A stretch of DNA of 64,000 nucleotides from Candidatus Gottesmanbacteria bacterium (GCA_963790805.1 CAWBPL010000002.1:640696-704695); one strand, 5' to 3'. Shown: positions 18,863 to 28,639, counted from the first letter of the stretch. Made by a program: numbers and translations. The notes: generated by a model not told the origin, from the letters alone.

Positions 18863-20518
18863 ATGATTCGAAAAAGATTCTCATTTTTGTATTCCGATAA
18901 ATTTTGGTGTTTTCTCGCCGCGTTTATTTTAATAGGTCTTTCATATTTGCAGGTTGTGATCAATTTCCAACACGCGCCAAGCGGTGTTCATTATTTGGGT
19001 TTGGCTGACGAATACCCGATTGATTCAACATGGGATTTCGGTTTAATCCGCGAAGGATATAACGGCCATCTTTTTCCATTTCTCAATTTTTCCTCAACAC
19101 TGCCCGACAGCACATCGCTTCTCAAAATTGAATATACAACAGTCGGTTTATTTGCACGGGTTACGCATTTAGATCCCATCGCCGCTTTTTATGTGGTGCG
19201 TTTTGTCTTGTCTCTCGTGTTTCTCTGGATAATATACCGGATAATTTCGTTTATTTTCCGAAGACCTCTTGAGCGGGTTGTTGCATATGTGTTTGTGTTG
19301 TTCGGAGCAAGTGTCACGTTGTCACCCGCCACTGATTTCGTGAAAATAAGCGCCATGGATGCGTTGGTAACGCAACGGTTGACTCTCGCCGCAATTCACT
19401 ATCAGTTGGGCAGTTTATTATCGATAGTATCCCTCTATTTTTTGTCGAGATTTCTCGATAGACCATCGCGTGTTCGCTTATTTCTCGCCGCTGCAGGAAC
19501 CGGAGCTCTTGCTTCTCTTGTGAATGCTCCGGCTATGGCGCTTGTTTTAAGTTCATTACCGTTATATTTTTTAATCGTAGTTATCCGGTTATGGAATCCA
19601 CCAAAAGGAAAATCCCATATAGTATCTCAAGCACAACTATTATTTTCCTATGCAGTTATTACCAGTCTTCCGGTGTTTTATGTGCGCTATGTTACGACGA
19701 CCGTCTGGGGTCCGTATGACTTTAATTTCAGCGAGCAATTAAATCCCTTTCATCTGACGTTATGGCAATATATTCTTGCGATGGGGAGTACGTATCTTTT
19801 ATCTCTTTTCTCCATCCCGCGTATCGTAAAAAACGGGAAGACGCTTTTGCTTCTCTTGGTTGGGTGGATAGTGATGCATCCGATCGGTGAATATGTTATT
19901 CCCGGCATGCTGCACATAAATAACATTCGATATTTTTTTACTCCTTATTTTGTCGGTTTTGGAATATTAGCAACCGTCGGGGTTTGGGAAATTGTTTCTT
20001 TCTCTCAAAAATACATTCGCAAAATCCCTGCCAATGTCATCGTCGGTTGTTTTGTTTTGGTGGTTTTAGGGTCAAGTTACGAAACTTTTTCGGCAAGTTT
20101 CACGCGCGCGGAACTCTGTTTTTGCGATGTTCCGACATCTACATTCGGGTATCCCCAGCAGGATCTTGTCAGTGTTCTTACATGGTTGGGAACGCATTCA
20201 AGCGAAAACGAGATAGTTCTCAGCGGGTTTTACGCAGGCAACTTAATACCGGTATTTTCAGGGAACAGAGTATATACCAGCTGGTGGCAGAGACTCATGG
20301 AACCCGCAGGGCTTTATGACGTGCGTATGAGCATGGAATCTTTTTATCTGGGCAAAATGACAGATGATGAGGCTGCAATGTTTGTTCACACAAACAATAT
20401 CCGCTGGGTGCTTTATTCACCGACGGAACATATAAATCCGGCCTTTCAAACGCTTCCGTACTCATTCCTTACCCTCGCACGTCAAACAGGAGATACTCAA
20501 CTCTATAAAGTTCGATAG
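18863..20518 (+). CDS. Polytopic membrane protein, GT-C-like candidate (family A, member 4)
   Basis: AAGGAG lies at 18849-18854, 8 nt before ATG 18863. The track ORF begins at GTG 18854. It is multi-TM. The motifs WDFGLIREGYNGH and FSGNRVYTSWW align with family A. Confidence 0.6.
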   Translation: MIRKRFSFLYSDKFWCFLAAFILIGLSYLQVVINFQHAPSGVHYLGLADEYPIDSTWDFGLIREGYNGHLFPFLNFSSTLPDSTSLLKIEYTTVGLFARVTHLDPIAAFYVVRFVLSLVFLWIIYRIISFIFRRPLERVVAYVFVLFGASVTLSPATDFVKISAMDALVTQRLTLAAIHYQLGSLLSIVSLYFLSRFLDRPSRVRLFLAAAGTGALASLVNAPAMALVLSSLPLYFLIVVIRLWNPPKGKSHIVSQAQLLFSYAVITSLPVFYVRYVTTTVWGPYDFNFSEQLNPFHLTLWQYILAMGSTYLLSLFSIPRIVKNGKTLLLLLVGWIVMHPIGEYVIPGMLHINNIRYFFTPYFVGFGILATVGVWEIVSFSQKYIRKIPANVIVGCFVLVVLGSSYETFSASFTRAELCFCDVPTSTFGYPQQDLVSVLTWLGTHSSENEIVLSGFYAGNLIPVFSGNRVYTSWWQRLMEPAGLYDVRMSMESFYLGKMTDDEAAMFVHTNNIRWVLYSPTEHINPAFQTLPYSFLTLARQTGDTQLYKVR

Positions 20519-21879
20519 GCTTTTTGCTGAAGTATTTTGATCTTTTTACCGATAAACAGGATAAAAGATTTCCACCAATAGAGACAGAAGAATGTTAGAG
20601 GTACAAAGTAAACGGAAAGGTATCTGCCTCGGGCATCGGTTTGCTGAACAGGAAAAATTACGAGAAGCTGCAAAACGGCGAACGTGCCGCAAAAGAGAAT
20701 TATTGATTCCAAGAGGCTAGTTTTTTTTATCAGGAACCGAATAAGTGCGAACGGGAAGAACACCAGTATTCCATACGATAGATTCTGCACAATTTCCATA
20801 GGAATGAATAGTAAGCGGAATATCGTACCAAGAGCGGACTGCGATCTGAAAAGCACAGCTATATCTTGGGTGTCTGTAAGCATTACAGGAAGTCTTTTAA
20901 ACGATTGTAGTATGAAGTACGGCAGTTGCGAACCGATGACAATGGTATTAAACATCTTGATTTCATTCATGTATGATGGGTCGTTATAGTTGGTGATATT
21001 GAAATATTGAAAAAACGTGAACGGCTCCTGATGATTGGAACTCATTCGAAACTCTTTGACCTCGCTATAGAGTGGTGCCATGGTTTTCGCGGCTTCTACA
21101 GGAATTCGTTCATAAAGAATTTTTCCGAAAAGTCCGAGCGGTGCCGTTGTCTGGATTTCAAAAAATCCGTAATTTTGTTCGACGATTTTGGAATACACAA
21201 GTGGCGTTAACATGCAGATTGCACAGCACGCTATTGATACAACCGTAACCCGAGCTTTTTTGTGGTGCCATAGAACAATGAAAAAGATTCCAAGAGGAGC
21301 AAGGACAAATGCAGGGCGAAGAAGAAATTCTAGAATACAAAGGATAGTGATAAGAATAAATGATCCCGTAGTTGGGCGTTTGAGCAAAGCAATCCCCACG
21401 CAAACTGTAAGTATTTCAAGTGATATGGCTATGCTTTCCGTTAATATAACCCGCTCCCATACGAAGAGCAGGGGATTAATCATCTGGAGGAGACAAAATA
21501 CGAAGGAAAAGGCAAATGAAAAGTTACTGTTGCACAATGTAAGAAATAATACTGCAAGGCTTATGATTGCAAGTACCGACTGAATAATCCCGATGATTTG
21601 CATCGTATTTCCAAATTCTTTGGTACCTGTCTCCTCGGAAGCATGACCGGTAATAGACGCTATTGATGCGATAAATACGGGGTACACCGGTGTGCGGTAT
21701 GGATTGATTATCGTTTTTACACTCGGATGCGAAAGTATGTTTTGACCTATGTGAAGATACCCGACCGTGTCTTCAACAGATGAAACGGGATTCAGATTCG
21801 CGTATCCTATGCGTACAATAATTCCTATTATGAGCAAGATACTACACAGCACTGTGGCTCGGTATTTTGCAAAATTCAT
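20503..21879 (-). CDS. GT-C glycosyltransferase, GT39/ArnT-like (family B, member 1 of 3)
   Basis: 458 aa and multi-TM. It shares IINPYRTPVYPVFIASIASITGH with 27269 (WINPFRPPLYPIFLNAIVAATGH) and 29519 (NNYRTPGYPIFLALIMFLSGH). The overall length and TM pattern match. Confidence 0.6.
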   Translation of the reverse strand: MNFAKYRATVLCSILLIIGIIVRIGYANLNPVSSVEDTVGYLHIGQNILSHPSVKTIINPYRTPVYPVFIASIASITGHASEETGTKEFGNTMQIIGIIQSVLAIISLAVLFLTLCNSNFSFAFSFVFCLLQMINPLLFVWERVILTESIAISLEILTVCVGIALLKRPTTGSFILITILCILEFLLRPAFVLAPLGIFFIVLWHHKKARVTVVSIACCAICMLTPLVYSKIVEQNYGFFEIQTTAPLGLFGKILYERIPVEAAKTMAPLYSEVKEFRMSSNHQEPFTFFQYFNITNYNDPSYMNEIKMFNTIVIGSQLPYFILQSFKRLPVMLTDTQDIAVLFRSQSALGTIFRLLFIPMEIVQNLSYGILVFFPFALIRFLIKKTSLLESIILFCGTFAVLQLLVIFPVQQTDARGRYLSVYFVPLTFFCLYWWKSFILFIGKKIKILQQKAYRTL

Positions 21880-23525
21880 ACGCCGTAAAGAGAGACTTGG
21901 ATTCCCAATTCGGTAAACACTTTAGAATCTATGCGCTTAAGGGATGGATTTTGGGCGGTCTCGTTGACTTCAAATTGGACCCATTCGTTGAAGATTTTAT
22001 ATTCACGGGTATAATACCGTGACGTGGGTAGAACTGTCAGAGTAACATAATATTCTTTATAGGGAAGATTTTTGGGTGTTGCGTGGTCTTTTCGGGTTAA
22101 CAGCGATACCAGAAAGTACGGCGGTGATATTTCCGTTAATCGTCCGCGAAGATTTACCGCTTTGGTGACATCAATCCGGTTAAATATCCAATCAAGGACA
22201 TCTTTGGGATTTTCTTTTGAAAGAGCGGGGGAGAGTACCCCCCACGTGGCGGTATTGTAATCAAACCACGTCGTGTTGACATCGAGCTGATTAAACGCGA
22301 TGGCGTAGATGGTTTTTGTACCCACGTCATACACACGTGTTGGGAGATTTGAAAGGTTGAGTATTACATGGATGCTTAGGCTCACTACCAGTATCCAGAT
22401 GATGCTTCGTATCAAGAGAGGAGAGCTGAGAGAGCGCCGAACCGTATCAACTAACACGATTGATGCAAGAATTAACACAAGAGGGCCGACGGGCGCGATG
22501 TAACGTGCTTGTACATTATTCATGTGGGGAGTCAGGAAAATGAAGTAAGTGACAACTGAAAGCCACAAAAGACGCGGACCAAGCGTGCGTATATATTGGA
22601 TTCCCAGTATGAGCGATGCTATAAGAATGATTCCGACGGGAATGGTGATGCCGTACATGTACGCGATGGATTTTGGATAGAAAAAAATGTAGGTTGGCAA
22701 ATCCCATCCGAGCATCAAATTGGGGATCTCCTGGTTCAAAATTGTATAGGTAAACTGGCTAAATCGGGTAATACTTGTGCCAACCCATAAGAAAGCAGCG
22801 AGAAAAACCGGGAGTACGATAAGAAGATGTGAGGTTATTACATTGATTCGTTGCTGCTTTTTTTTTGCTGAAAACAGCGCGATGCAGCCTTCTATTCCAA
22901 ATACAGTTAAATTCATGATACCGTACGGGTATTTTGTCAGAAATGATAATGCCGTCATAACACCGGCGATACAATACCATCGGAGTTTGCGGGTGGATCG
23001 CGCGGCAAGATACGAAAGAATGCCGATAATGGTCAGCGTGATTACCATAGATTCCTTGAGGATGACCGTGTGTAAATAGATTAATATCGGTGAGGTCACG
23101 AATAGAAAAACACTGAGTAACCCGATGATTTTAGGGATTTGCTTTTTGGAGGGAAAGAGCGACTGGCCGATTTGAACGCTCAGGATATACATGCTGATGC
23201 CCGTTATGATAAGAAAGAGCATCTGAACGATTCGCGCTTTTTCTATACTAAATCCGATTGCCGCGAGAATGGGCGCTAATATGGCATATTGGAAAGCCGC
23301 GTAACCTATCTGTCCGTAGAGTTGCGTTGCAAGCGCGTTCCACTGGTGAAGTTGTATGGGCTTTACCGTCCAATAGGTTTGTAAGAGAAATTCGCCCTCA
23401 TCCCATAAGACTGATGCGTACGGCATAATGCGGGTAATGATAAATATACACATGGCGAGAAGAAGCAGGAGCGAAAGAAGAAAATAAGGTGAACGGAAAG
23501 CTTGACGCATGGGTTTATTATACAA
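21876..23525 (-). CDS. GT-C glycosyltransferase, GT39-like
   Basis: 549 aa and multi-TM. The first loop carries LWDEGEFLLQTYW (an acidic DE motif). There is a 4-nt overlap with the downstream gene 20503-21879. Confidence 0.55.
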   Translation of the reverse strand: MYNKPMRQAFRSPYFLLSLLLLLAMCIFIITRIMPYASVLWDEGEFLLQTYWTVKPIQLHQWNALATQLYGQIGYAAFQYAILAPILAAIGFSIEKARIVQMLFLIITGISMYILSVQIGQSLFPSKKQIPKIIGLLSVFLFVTSPILIYLHTVILKESMVITLTIIGILSYLAARSTRKLRWYCIAGVMTALSFLTKYPYGIMNLTVFGIEGCIALFSAKKKQQRINVITSHLLIVLPVFLAAFLWVGTSITRFSQFTYTILNQEIPNLMLGWDLPTYIFFYPKSIAYMYGITIPVGIILIASLILGIQYIRTLGPRLLWLSVVTYFIFLTPHMNNVQARYIAPVGPLVLILASIVLVDTVRRSLSSPLLIRSIIWILVVSLSIHVILNLSNLPTRVYDVGTKTIYAIAFNQLDVNTTWFDYNTATWGVLSPALSKENPKDVLDWIFNRIDVTKAVNLRGRLTEISPPYFLVSLLTRKDHATPKNLPYKEYYVTLTVLPTSRYYTREYKIFNEWVQFEVNETAQNPSLKRIDSKVFTELGIQVSLYGV

Positions 23526-23594
23526 CAGGATTTCGGCTAAACAGCTGTTGTTTTTATCAATACCTCTGGTATGATGGCACTAAGGTTTGTGACT

Positions 23595-24530
23595 ATGGAT
23601 CCCTCATCAACAGTTCTTCTCACCGGTGCGACCGGACTCATCGGACAATTTTTACTGGAGTATTTAGCGAACTATTGCAGAGTTGTAACCCCTACCAGAC
23701 ATGAGATGGATATTGTGAATAAAGGTGAGACCCGCTCTGTGATTCATCAGTTGAAACCCAGCGTTATAATTCATGCTGCGGCATTTACCGATAATACGAA
23801 AGCAGAGAGCGAGCGGGGGAATATACAAGGGCTTTGTTGGCAAACAAACGTTGAAGGAACGCGGAATATTTCAGAGGTAGCAGAAAGCGTCGGCGCGTAT
23901 GTAATTTTTCTTTCGACGGGATCGGTATTTGCGGGTAGCATTGACAGTCCCGGTCCGTTTACGGAACGCGATTTGCCGTCAGCTCAGGAAGACCTTTCAT
24001 GGTACGGTTGGACGAAAGCGCAGGCGGAGAAGAAAGTGAACGGAGCAATCATCAGGCTTTCCCATCCGGTAAAAAAAGCAGATGTCTTTGACATTCCGCA
24101 GCAGGATACTGTACGTCAGGAACCCAGACGATTGGATTATATTCAAAATTTCGTCACGCTTTTTGATCATGATGCCCTGTATCCGCTTTTCACCGATCAG
24201 CATTTTTCGCTCACGTACCTTGATGATGTTGTTATAGCAATTAAACAATTATTGGAAATGAAACAAAAGGGTATATTCCATATTGTCAGTTACGATACCG
24301 TGACGCCGTTTGAACTTGCATCGTATGCCATATATAAAGCCAGACATGTACAACCGGCCCTCAAATCAATTTCCTTTCAATCATTCATAAATACTCAGCC
24401 GTTACCGAAACGATTCACCCAATATTGCGCCATAGACGGAAGTATTACTCGGGAGCAACTGCAGCTTCCTGCACGCACGTGGAAGGGAATTGTTGATTGT
24501 CTCTATCCTGAAATAGGAAAAGCAGATTAG
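23595..24530 (+). CDS. SDR-family nucleotide-sugar reductase/epimerase (RmlD-like)
   Basis: VLLTGATGLIGQ lies near the N-terminus when the start is ATG 23595. YGWTK (YxxxK) is present. A TATGAT box at 23569-23574 argues against the upstream ATG at 23571. Confidence 0.6.
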   Translation: MDPSSTVLLTGATGLIGQFLLEYLANYCRVVTPTRHEMDIVNKGETRSVIHQLKPSVIIHAAAFTDNTKAESERGNIQGLCWQTNVEGTRNISEVAESVGAYVIFLSTGSVFAGSIDSPGPFTERDLPSAQEDLSWYGWTKAQAEKKVNGAIIRLSHPVKKADVFDIPQQDTVRQEPRRLDYIQNFVTLFDHDALYPLFTDQHFSLTYLDDVVIAIKQLLEMKQKGIFHIVSYDTVTPFELASYAIYKARHVQPALKSISFQSFINTQPLPKRFTQYCAIDGSITREQLQLPARTWKGIVDCLYPEIGKAD

Positions 24531-24551
24531 TACTATACTATTTTTTATCGT

Positions 24552-26117
24552 ATGAAATTGAATGTAAAATTACTTCTTCGGACGGTAGAATTTCTTGCGC
24601 TGTTAGCGCTACTCGGATTTTTATTTTACTGGCGTTTTCAGGTAAGTGAGACGCGGTTTTTTGACGTTGATGAATTTACACATATGCATTGGGCGGCCGA
24701 TATGGCTCGCGGGCAAAAGCCGTACGTCGATTTCTTCACATTTTTTACACCGGGATTTTACTGGATGCTTATGCCGCTTTTCTGGTTATATTCCCGAAAC
24801 CCCATGATATTTTTGGCGGCACGGATGTCTATGTTATTTGTATTTGCAGGTACAGTTTGTCTTATCGGCATATTATTTGCGCTTCTTCGGTCACGCCGGT
24901 ATGCGCTCCTTCCTATGGTTCTTCTGGCGTTTCTCCCGATGCCCTATGATAAATTTCTAGAGATTCGACCGGATAACGTTGCTACTTTTTTAGGTCTTGC
25001 CGGAGTCGTGGTTCAAGTGTATGCGATGCTCAATCGCGGGAAAAAAGATATTCACCGATGGTGGCTGACTGCAGGCATATCCTATGCTTTATCACTTGTC
25101 GTATTAGTCAAAACACTGCCCTTTGTCGTTATGGGAGTAATTATCGCTTCAGTAGATGCGGGTTTTTGGGAATGGGTGAGCGATTGTTTCCGCCGAAAAC
25201 GCATCATTCATTATAACCTCGCCCTGCCATATAAAATGTTTATCCTCGGACTCGCTGGTGTGTTAGGGATATTCGTTCTCTGGCTTTTATCGCTTGGTCA
25301 TTTGTCGACCGTCTGGTATTCGCTTACCAAAATGGCATTCGAAGCAAATACCGTGGGTCAGCTGTATTCGATGGAACCGAATCTGTTTTTTTTCCCGAAT
25401 GTTTCCTTTTACGGCGATTGGGGAATTACCCGGCCGCTTATAATTAATCACACGATCTGGATAGTCGGTGTTATCGCAGGAACATACCGCTTAGTGACAC
25501 CATTTCTCACCGCGGATGGGAAACGTGAGAGGGTATTAAGCGAACTCTTGGTTTCTTCAATTTTTATACTGTCGGTTATCGGATACGTCATGTTTTTTCC
25601 TTTAAAGCACAGCCAATATCTTATTCCTATCGCGATATTTATTGTTTGGTTTGCTGCTGATTTTTGTATTGAAGTATTGCGCTTTTGCCGGAAGAATTTG
25701 TTTGGGGACATATCGGTAGTCATTCTTATTCTTCTTTTTTCCTATGTACTGGCGAAAGAGACCGTTCATGTGAATGCGTTAAAACTTATTACTTCCAACA
25801 CTGTTCAGTTGACTCAGACGAATCAACTTCTCACGATGATCGGTCCCAATGGAACCGTACTTGATTTGGATGGACGGCTGATTTTCTGGAAGGACCCGTA
25901 TTATATTTGTTGTTTGCCATTCGGCACATTTGAGCAGTATCTTTCACACAAACCTCCGTCGCTTTCAGATGCTTTGGAATCAGAGCGTATCCAGTATATT
26001 TTTCAGGGAGACAGCGGAAGGCTGGGACAACTGTGGAGTGATTTGCCCTACATAGAATCGCATTATACGCGCGTGCCCGGATGGGGTGACGCACTCTGGA
26101 AACGAAATGATTTGTAA
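24552..26117 (+). CDS. GT-C glycosyltransferase, PMT/GT39-like (family C, paralog of 6622-8133)
   Basis: 521 aa and multi-TM, with the loop motif RFFDVDEFTHMHWAADMARGQKPYVDFFTFFTPGFYW. Confidence 0.6.
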   Translation: MKLNVKLLLRTVEFLALLALLGFLFYWRFQVSETRFFDVDEFTHMHWAADMARGQKPYVDFFTFFTPGFYWMLMPLFWLYSRNPMIFLAARMSMLFVFAGTVCLIGILFALLRSRRYALLPMVLLAFLPMPYDKFLEIRPDNVATFLGLAGVVVQVYAMLNRGKKDIHRWWLTAGISYALSLVVLVKTLPFVVMGVIIASVDAGFWEWVSDCFRRKRIIHYNLALPYKMFILGLAGVLGIFVLWLLSLGHLSTVWYSLTKMAFEANTVGQLYSMEPNLFFFPNVSFYGDWGITRPLIINHTIWIVGVIAGTYRLVTPFLTADGKRERVLSELLVSSIFILSVIGYVMFFPLKHSQYLIPIAIFIVWFAADFCIEVLRFCRKNLFGDISVVILILLFSYVLAKETVHVNALKLITSNTVQLTQTNQLLTMIGPNGTVLDLDGRLIFWKDPYYICCLPFGTFEQYLSHKPPSLSDALESERIQYIFQGDSGRLGQLWSDLPYIESHYTRVPGWGDALWKRNDL

Positions 26118-26126
26118 CTTCATCAT

Positions 26127-26156
26127 TTGACAGACGTGAAATTTCGTGGTTATACT
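26127..26156 (+). promoter_or_regulatory. Sigma70-type promoter
   Basis: TTGACA (26127-26132), an 18-nt spacer, then TATACT (26151-26156). The predicted TSS is near 26163, at the start of the structured leader motif. Confidence 0.55.
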
Positions 26157-26162
26157 CACGTA

Positions 26163-26252
26163 ACTCAGGATTGCGACGTACAGGTTACTCAGTATATACC
26201 TATCTAATCAGTTTTTTCGCTTAAGAAAGCTGCAAACCTGAGTAAGATAGGT
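26163..26252 (+). ncRNA. Structured leader-like RNA motif, copy 1 (unclassified)
   Basis: An extended hairpin spans 26198-26252. The outer stem is ACCTATCT/AGATAGGT and the inner stem is TCAGTTTT/AAACCTGA. The apical stem GCTT/AAGC has an AAGA loop. The 5' ACTCAGG (26163-26169) is complementary to CCTGAGT (26237-26243). It is homologous to 30944-31031, with compensatory pair changes between the two. Confidence 0.5.
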
Positions 26253-26274
26253 GTAACTCCAATCAATCAATTGT

Positions 26275-26760
26275 ATGTCATCACTCGTTTATACTGTCGG
26301 AATATTTCTCGTCATATTTATTCTTCATAGTGTATTGCATCAAATTCTCAAACTTTTTGGTGTCGTAACATTTAAAAGCATGGTTGTATATGTGCTGGGA
26401 TTCCTTCCGCTTATCATTCTTTGGAAAGAGGGATTTCTTGTAATCCCGATGTCCTCATGTATTTTCTATATATTATTGGTTTTTGTTGTTGCGCCGTATT
26501 ATTTGGCGGTGACGCTCGAAGGGGAGACGCCGGCAGCGATGATTCTTAAAGCATTTTCCCTGAAAAAAATGTGGACAGTTAAAGAGCTCATCAGTTTATT
26601 TACGGTTCAGGGATTGTTGTGGGATCGCATAAACAAACTTGAGTCAACCGGTTTAATCCGCAAACGGAAAGAACACTTTATCGCTACATCAAATGGTCTT
26701 CGTGTCGTCGCATGGATAGAATGGTACAGAAAGTTATTTCATCGGTCCGTTTCGGGTTAA
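26275..26760 (+). CDS. Small membrane protein with C-terminal winged-helix-like domain
   Basis: 161 aa with three N-terminal TM helices. The soluble tail (TVKELISLFTVQGLLWDRINKLESTGLIRKRKEHFIATSNGLRVV) follows a helix-turn-helix plus wing pattern. Confidence 0.4.
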   Translation: MSSLVYTVGIFLVIFILHSVLHQILKLFGVVTFKSMVVYVLGFLPLIILWKEGFLVIPMSSCIFYILLVFVVAPYYLAVTLEGETPAAMILKAFSLKKMWTVKELISLFTVQGLLWDRINKLESTGLIRKRKEHFIATSNGLRVVAWIEWYRKLFHRSVSG

Positions 26761-26764
26761 GGAT

Positions 26765-27280
26765 ATGGATACTCTTATACTACTTTATACTTTGTTTAGT
26801 TTCTCGATATTTTTTGCAGCGCAGTTTATTGTATTTCGTTTTATCGATGAAGATAGGGCGCTCATGTGGCTTGTTAAGCTTTACTTTCTTATAGAGGGTG
26901 TTTCGCTTATTGTGGGTTTTGCGGTATTGCCTTCCGAGTCATATGTCATGATTGCAGTATGGCATTTTGTGATATTTACCTTATTGGTCGCCGCGTATAT
27001 GGCAGGCATTTTCAGTTTTACCGAGGCCTCCATTACGATACAGCTGTTAACCCAAATTGCCAAAGGCGGAAAAAAGGGTTTAACGAAGGCGCACATTCTT
27101 CAATCATATAATCCGAAAATGATCGTTCAGAGAAGATTATCTCGATTTATTGCAGGGGGAGATATCGTGCGTCAGGGGTCTTCGTATCGCTGGCGGAGCG
27201 TCTTTTCGCCGTTTATTCTGCGCGAACATGCCTTCTTTGTATTCCAGATTTTTTTCCCCCGCATGACGTCACTGGGATAG
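26765..27280 (+). CDS. Small membrane protein with C-terminal winged-helix-like domain
   Basis: 171 aa with 3-4 TM helices. The tail is ITIQLLTQIAKGGKKGLTKAHILQSY...RLSRFIAGGDIVRQGSSYRW. It starts 5 nt after the previous gene. Confidence 0.4.
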   Translation: MDTLILLYTLFSFSIFFAAQFIVFRFIDEDRALMWLVKLYFLIEGVSLIVGFAVLPSESYVMIAVWHFVIFTLLVAAYMAGIFSFTEASITIQLLTQIAKGGKKGLTKAHILQSYNPKMIVQRRLSRFIAGGDIVRQGSSYRWRSVFSPFILREHAFFVFQIFFPRMTSLG

Positions 27281-28639
27281 CGTGTAGAAATGCCGAAACC
27301 ACGTCCGCAGGTGTTTTCCTATGATCACCCACCAATAGAGTGAGAAGAGCGTTAAAAACGGTTGAACAGTGCTATAAAACCGTGCATAGTCATAATATCC
27401 GGTTCCGGTAAGAACATAGAGAACGACAGTACCGTATGAAAAAGTGCCAAGAAGGGTAATTCCCGCTTCTTTCCGTGATATTTTTTTGAATAAAAGCCGT
27501 ATCCACGCCACAAGAATAAATGGAATAGAAGTTATATAGATATATTGTGTTAATCGAAATACGATTGAGAGAGCATAGAATATTGATCGCACGATGTTTG
27601 TTGGGGCAAATGCGTAATGCTCATCAGTGACAAGAAATGACGCTGGAATATCGGCGAGCCCATGAAGTGCGTAAGCGAATGGATATGCGTTGATTATTGC
27701 CATATCGAATTTTCGCAGTATGATAATATTTTGAGTTGAGCTGTACGTATCAACGTTATATGTATTAAGAAAAATCCAGACATCGGGTTTGTTCGTTGAG
27801 ACTGTGTATGCTTTCACCTGATCGTAGAGCGGCTGGAAGTTTTTTGCGGGTGTCAGAGGAAGTCGGAATTGCATAATGCGCGCGAGCATATTGATGTCGC
27901 CGCCATTTTGTATGCCGAAGTACCCCCAGTTCATTTCGTTGATTTTTGCATAGCCAAGAATAAAAAGAATAAAGAGACCGCCGGCGACGATGCATCGAAG
28001 AAGTGCTGGAAGTTTTTTGTGATAATAGGCGATAAACGGAAATATGATGAATGGATAAATTATCGTTGCCGGTCGGAAGAGAACGCCGATGATTGAAAAA
28101 AAAGTAATGAAAAGTACGGTAAGCCACGTTGGGGAGGTGAGTGCATATATCATAAGAAACCCCATGATAAAGGTAATTGGTATTGAAAAACTTTCCGATA
28201 ACACTGATCGTTCCCATATAATGGCATTTATACTTATGGCCTGAAAAATACTCATGCCGAGTATGACCAAGCGCGATGTAAAGAGTTTACGAAGCATGAA
28301 ATAGAAAATAATGATTCCGATAATATTTACTACCGTCTGTATAAATCCGATATACTGTTCACCGATAAAATATTCCGGCGATACCATGCGTACGCCGAAA
28401 TGTCCGGTTGCCGCGACAATAGCGTTAAGAAAAATCGGATACAACGGCGGGCGGAAAGGATTAATCCATGATCGCAGCGAAGGTGATCGGAGCATATTTT
28501 GTCCAATTTCGTAATACCCGTATGTATCAGGGAAAATATTGAGATACGGATGGATGACCAGATATCCAATCCGAATAAGTATTGCAACGCCAAGAAGAAT
28601 AGCCAGATCTATGAAAGTTTTTTTATTTTTCAGCAGCAT
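27269..28639 (-). CDS. GT-C glycosyltransferase, GT39/ArnT-like (family B, member 2)
   Basis: 456 aa. See the family B motif above. The N-terminus DLAILLGVAILIRIGYLVIHPY parallels the other members. Confidence 0.6.
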   Translation of the reverse strand: MLLKNKKTFIDLAILLGVAILIRIGYLVIHPYLNIFPDTYGYYEIGQNMLRSPSLRSWINPFRPPLYPIFLNAIVAATGHFGVRMVSPEYFIGEQYIGFIQTVVNIIGIIIFYFMLRKLFTSRLVILGMSIFQAISINAIIWERSVLSESFSIPITFIMGFLMIYALTSPTWLTVLFITFFSIIGVLFRPATIIYPFIIFPFIAYYHKKLPALLRCIVAGGLFILFILGYAKINEMNWGYFGIQNGGDINMLARIMQFRLPLTPAKNFQPLYDQVKAYTVSTNKPDVWIFLNTYNVDTYSSTQNIIILRKFDMAIINAYPFAYALHGLADIPASFLVTDEHYAFAPTNIVRSIFYALSIVFRLTQYIYITSIPFILVAWIRLLFKKISRKEAGITLLGTFSYGTVVLYVLTGTGYYDYARFYSTVQPFLTLFSLYWWVIIGKHLRTWFRHFYTLSQ

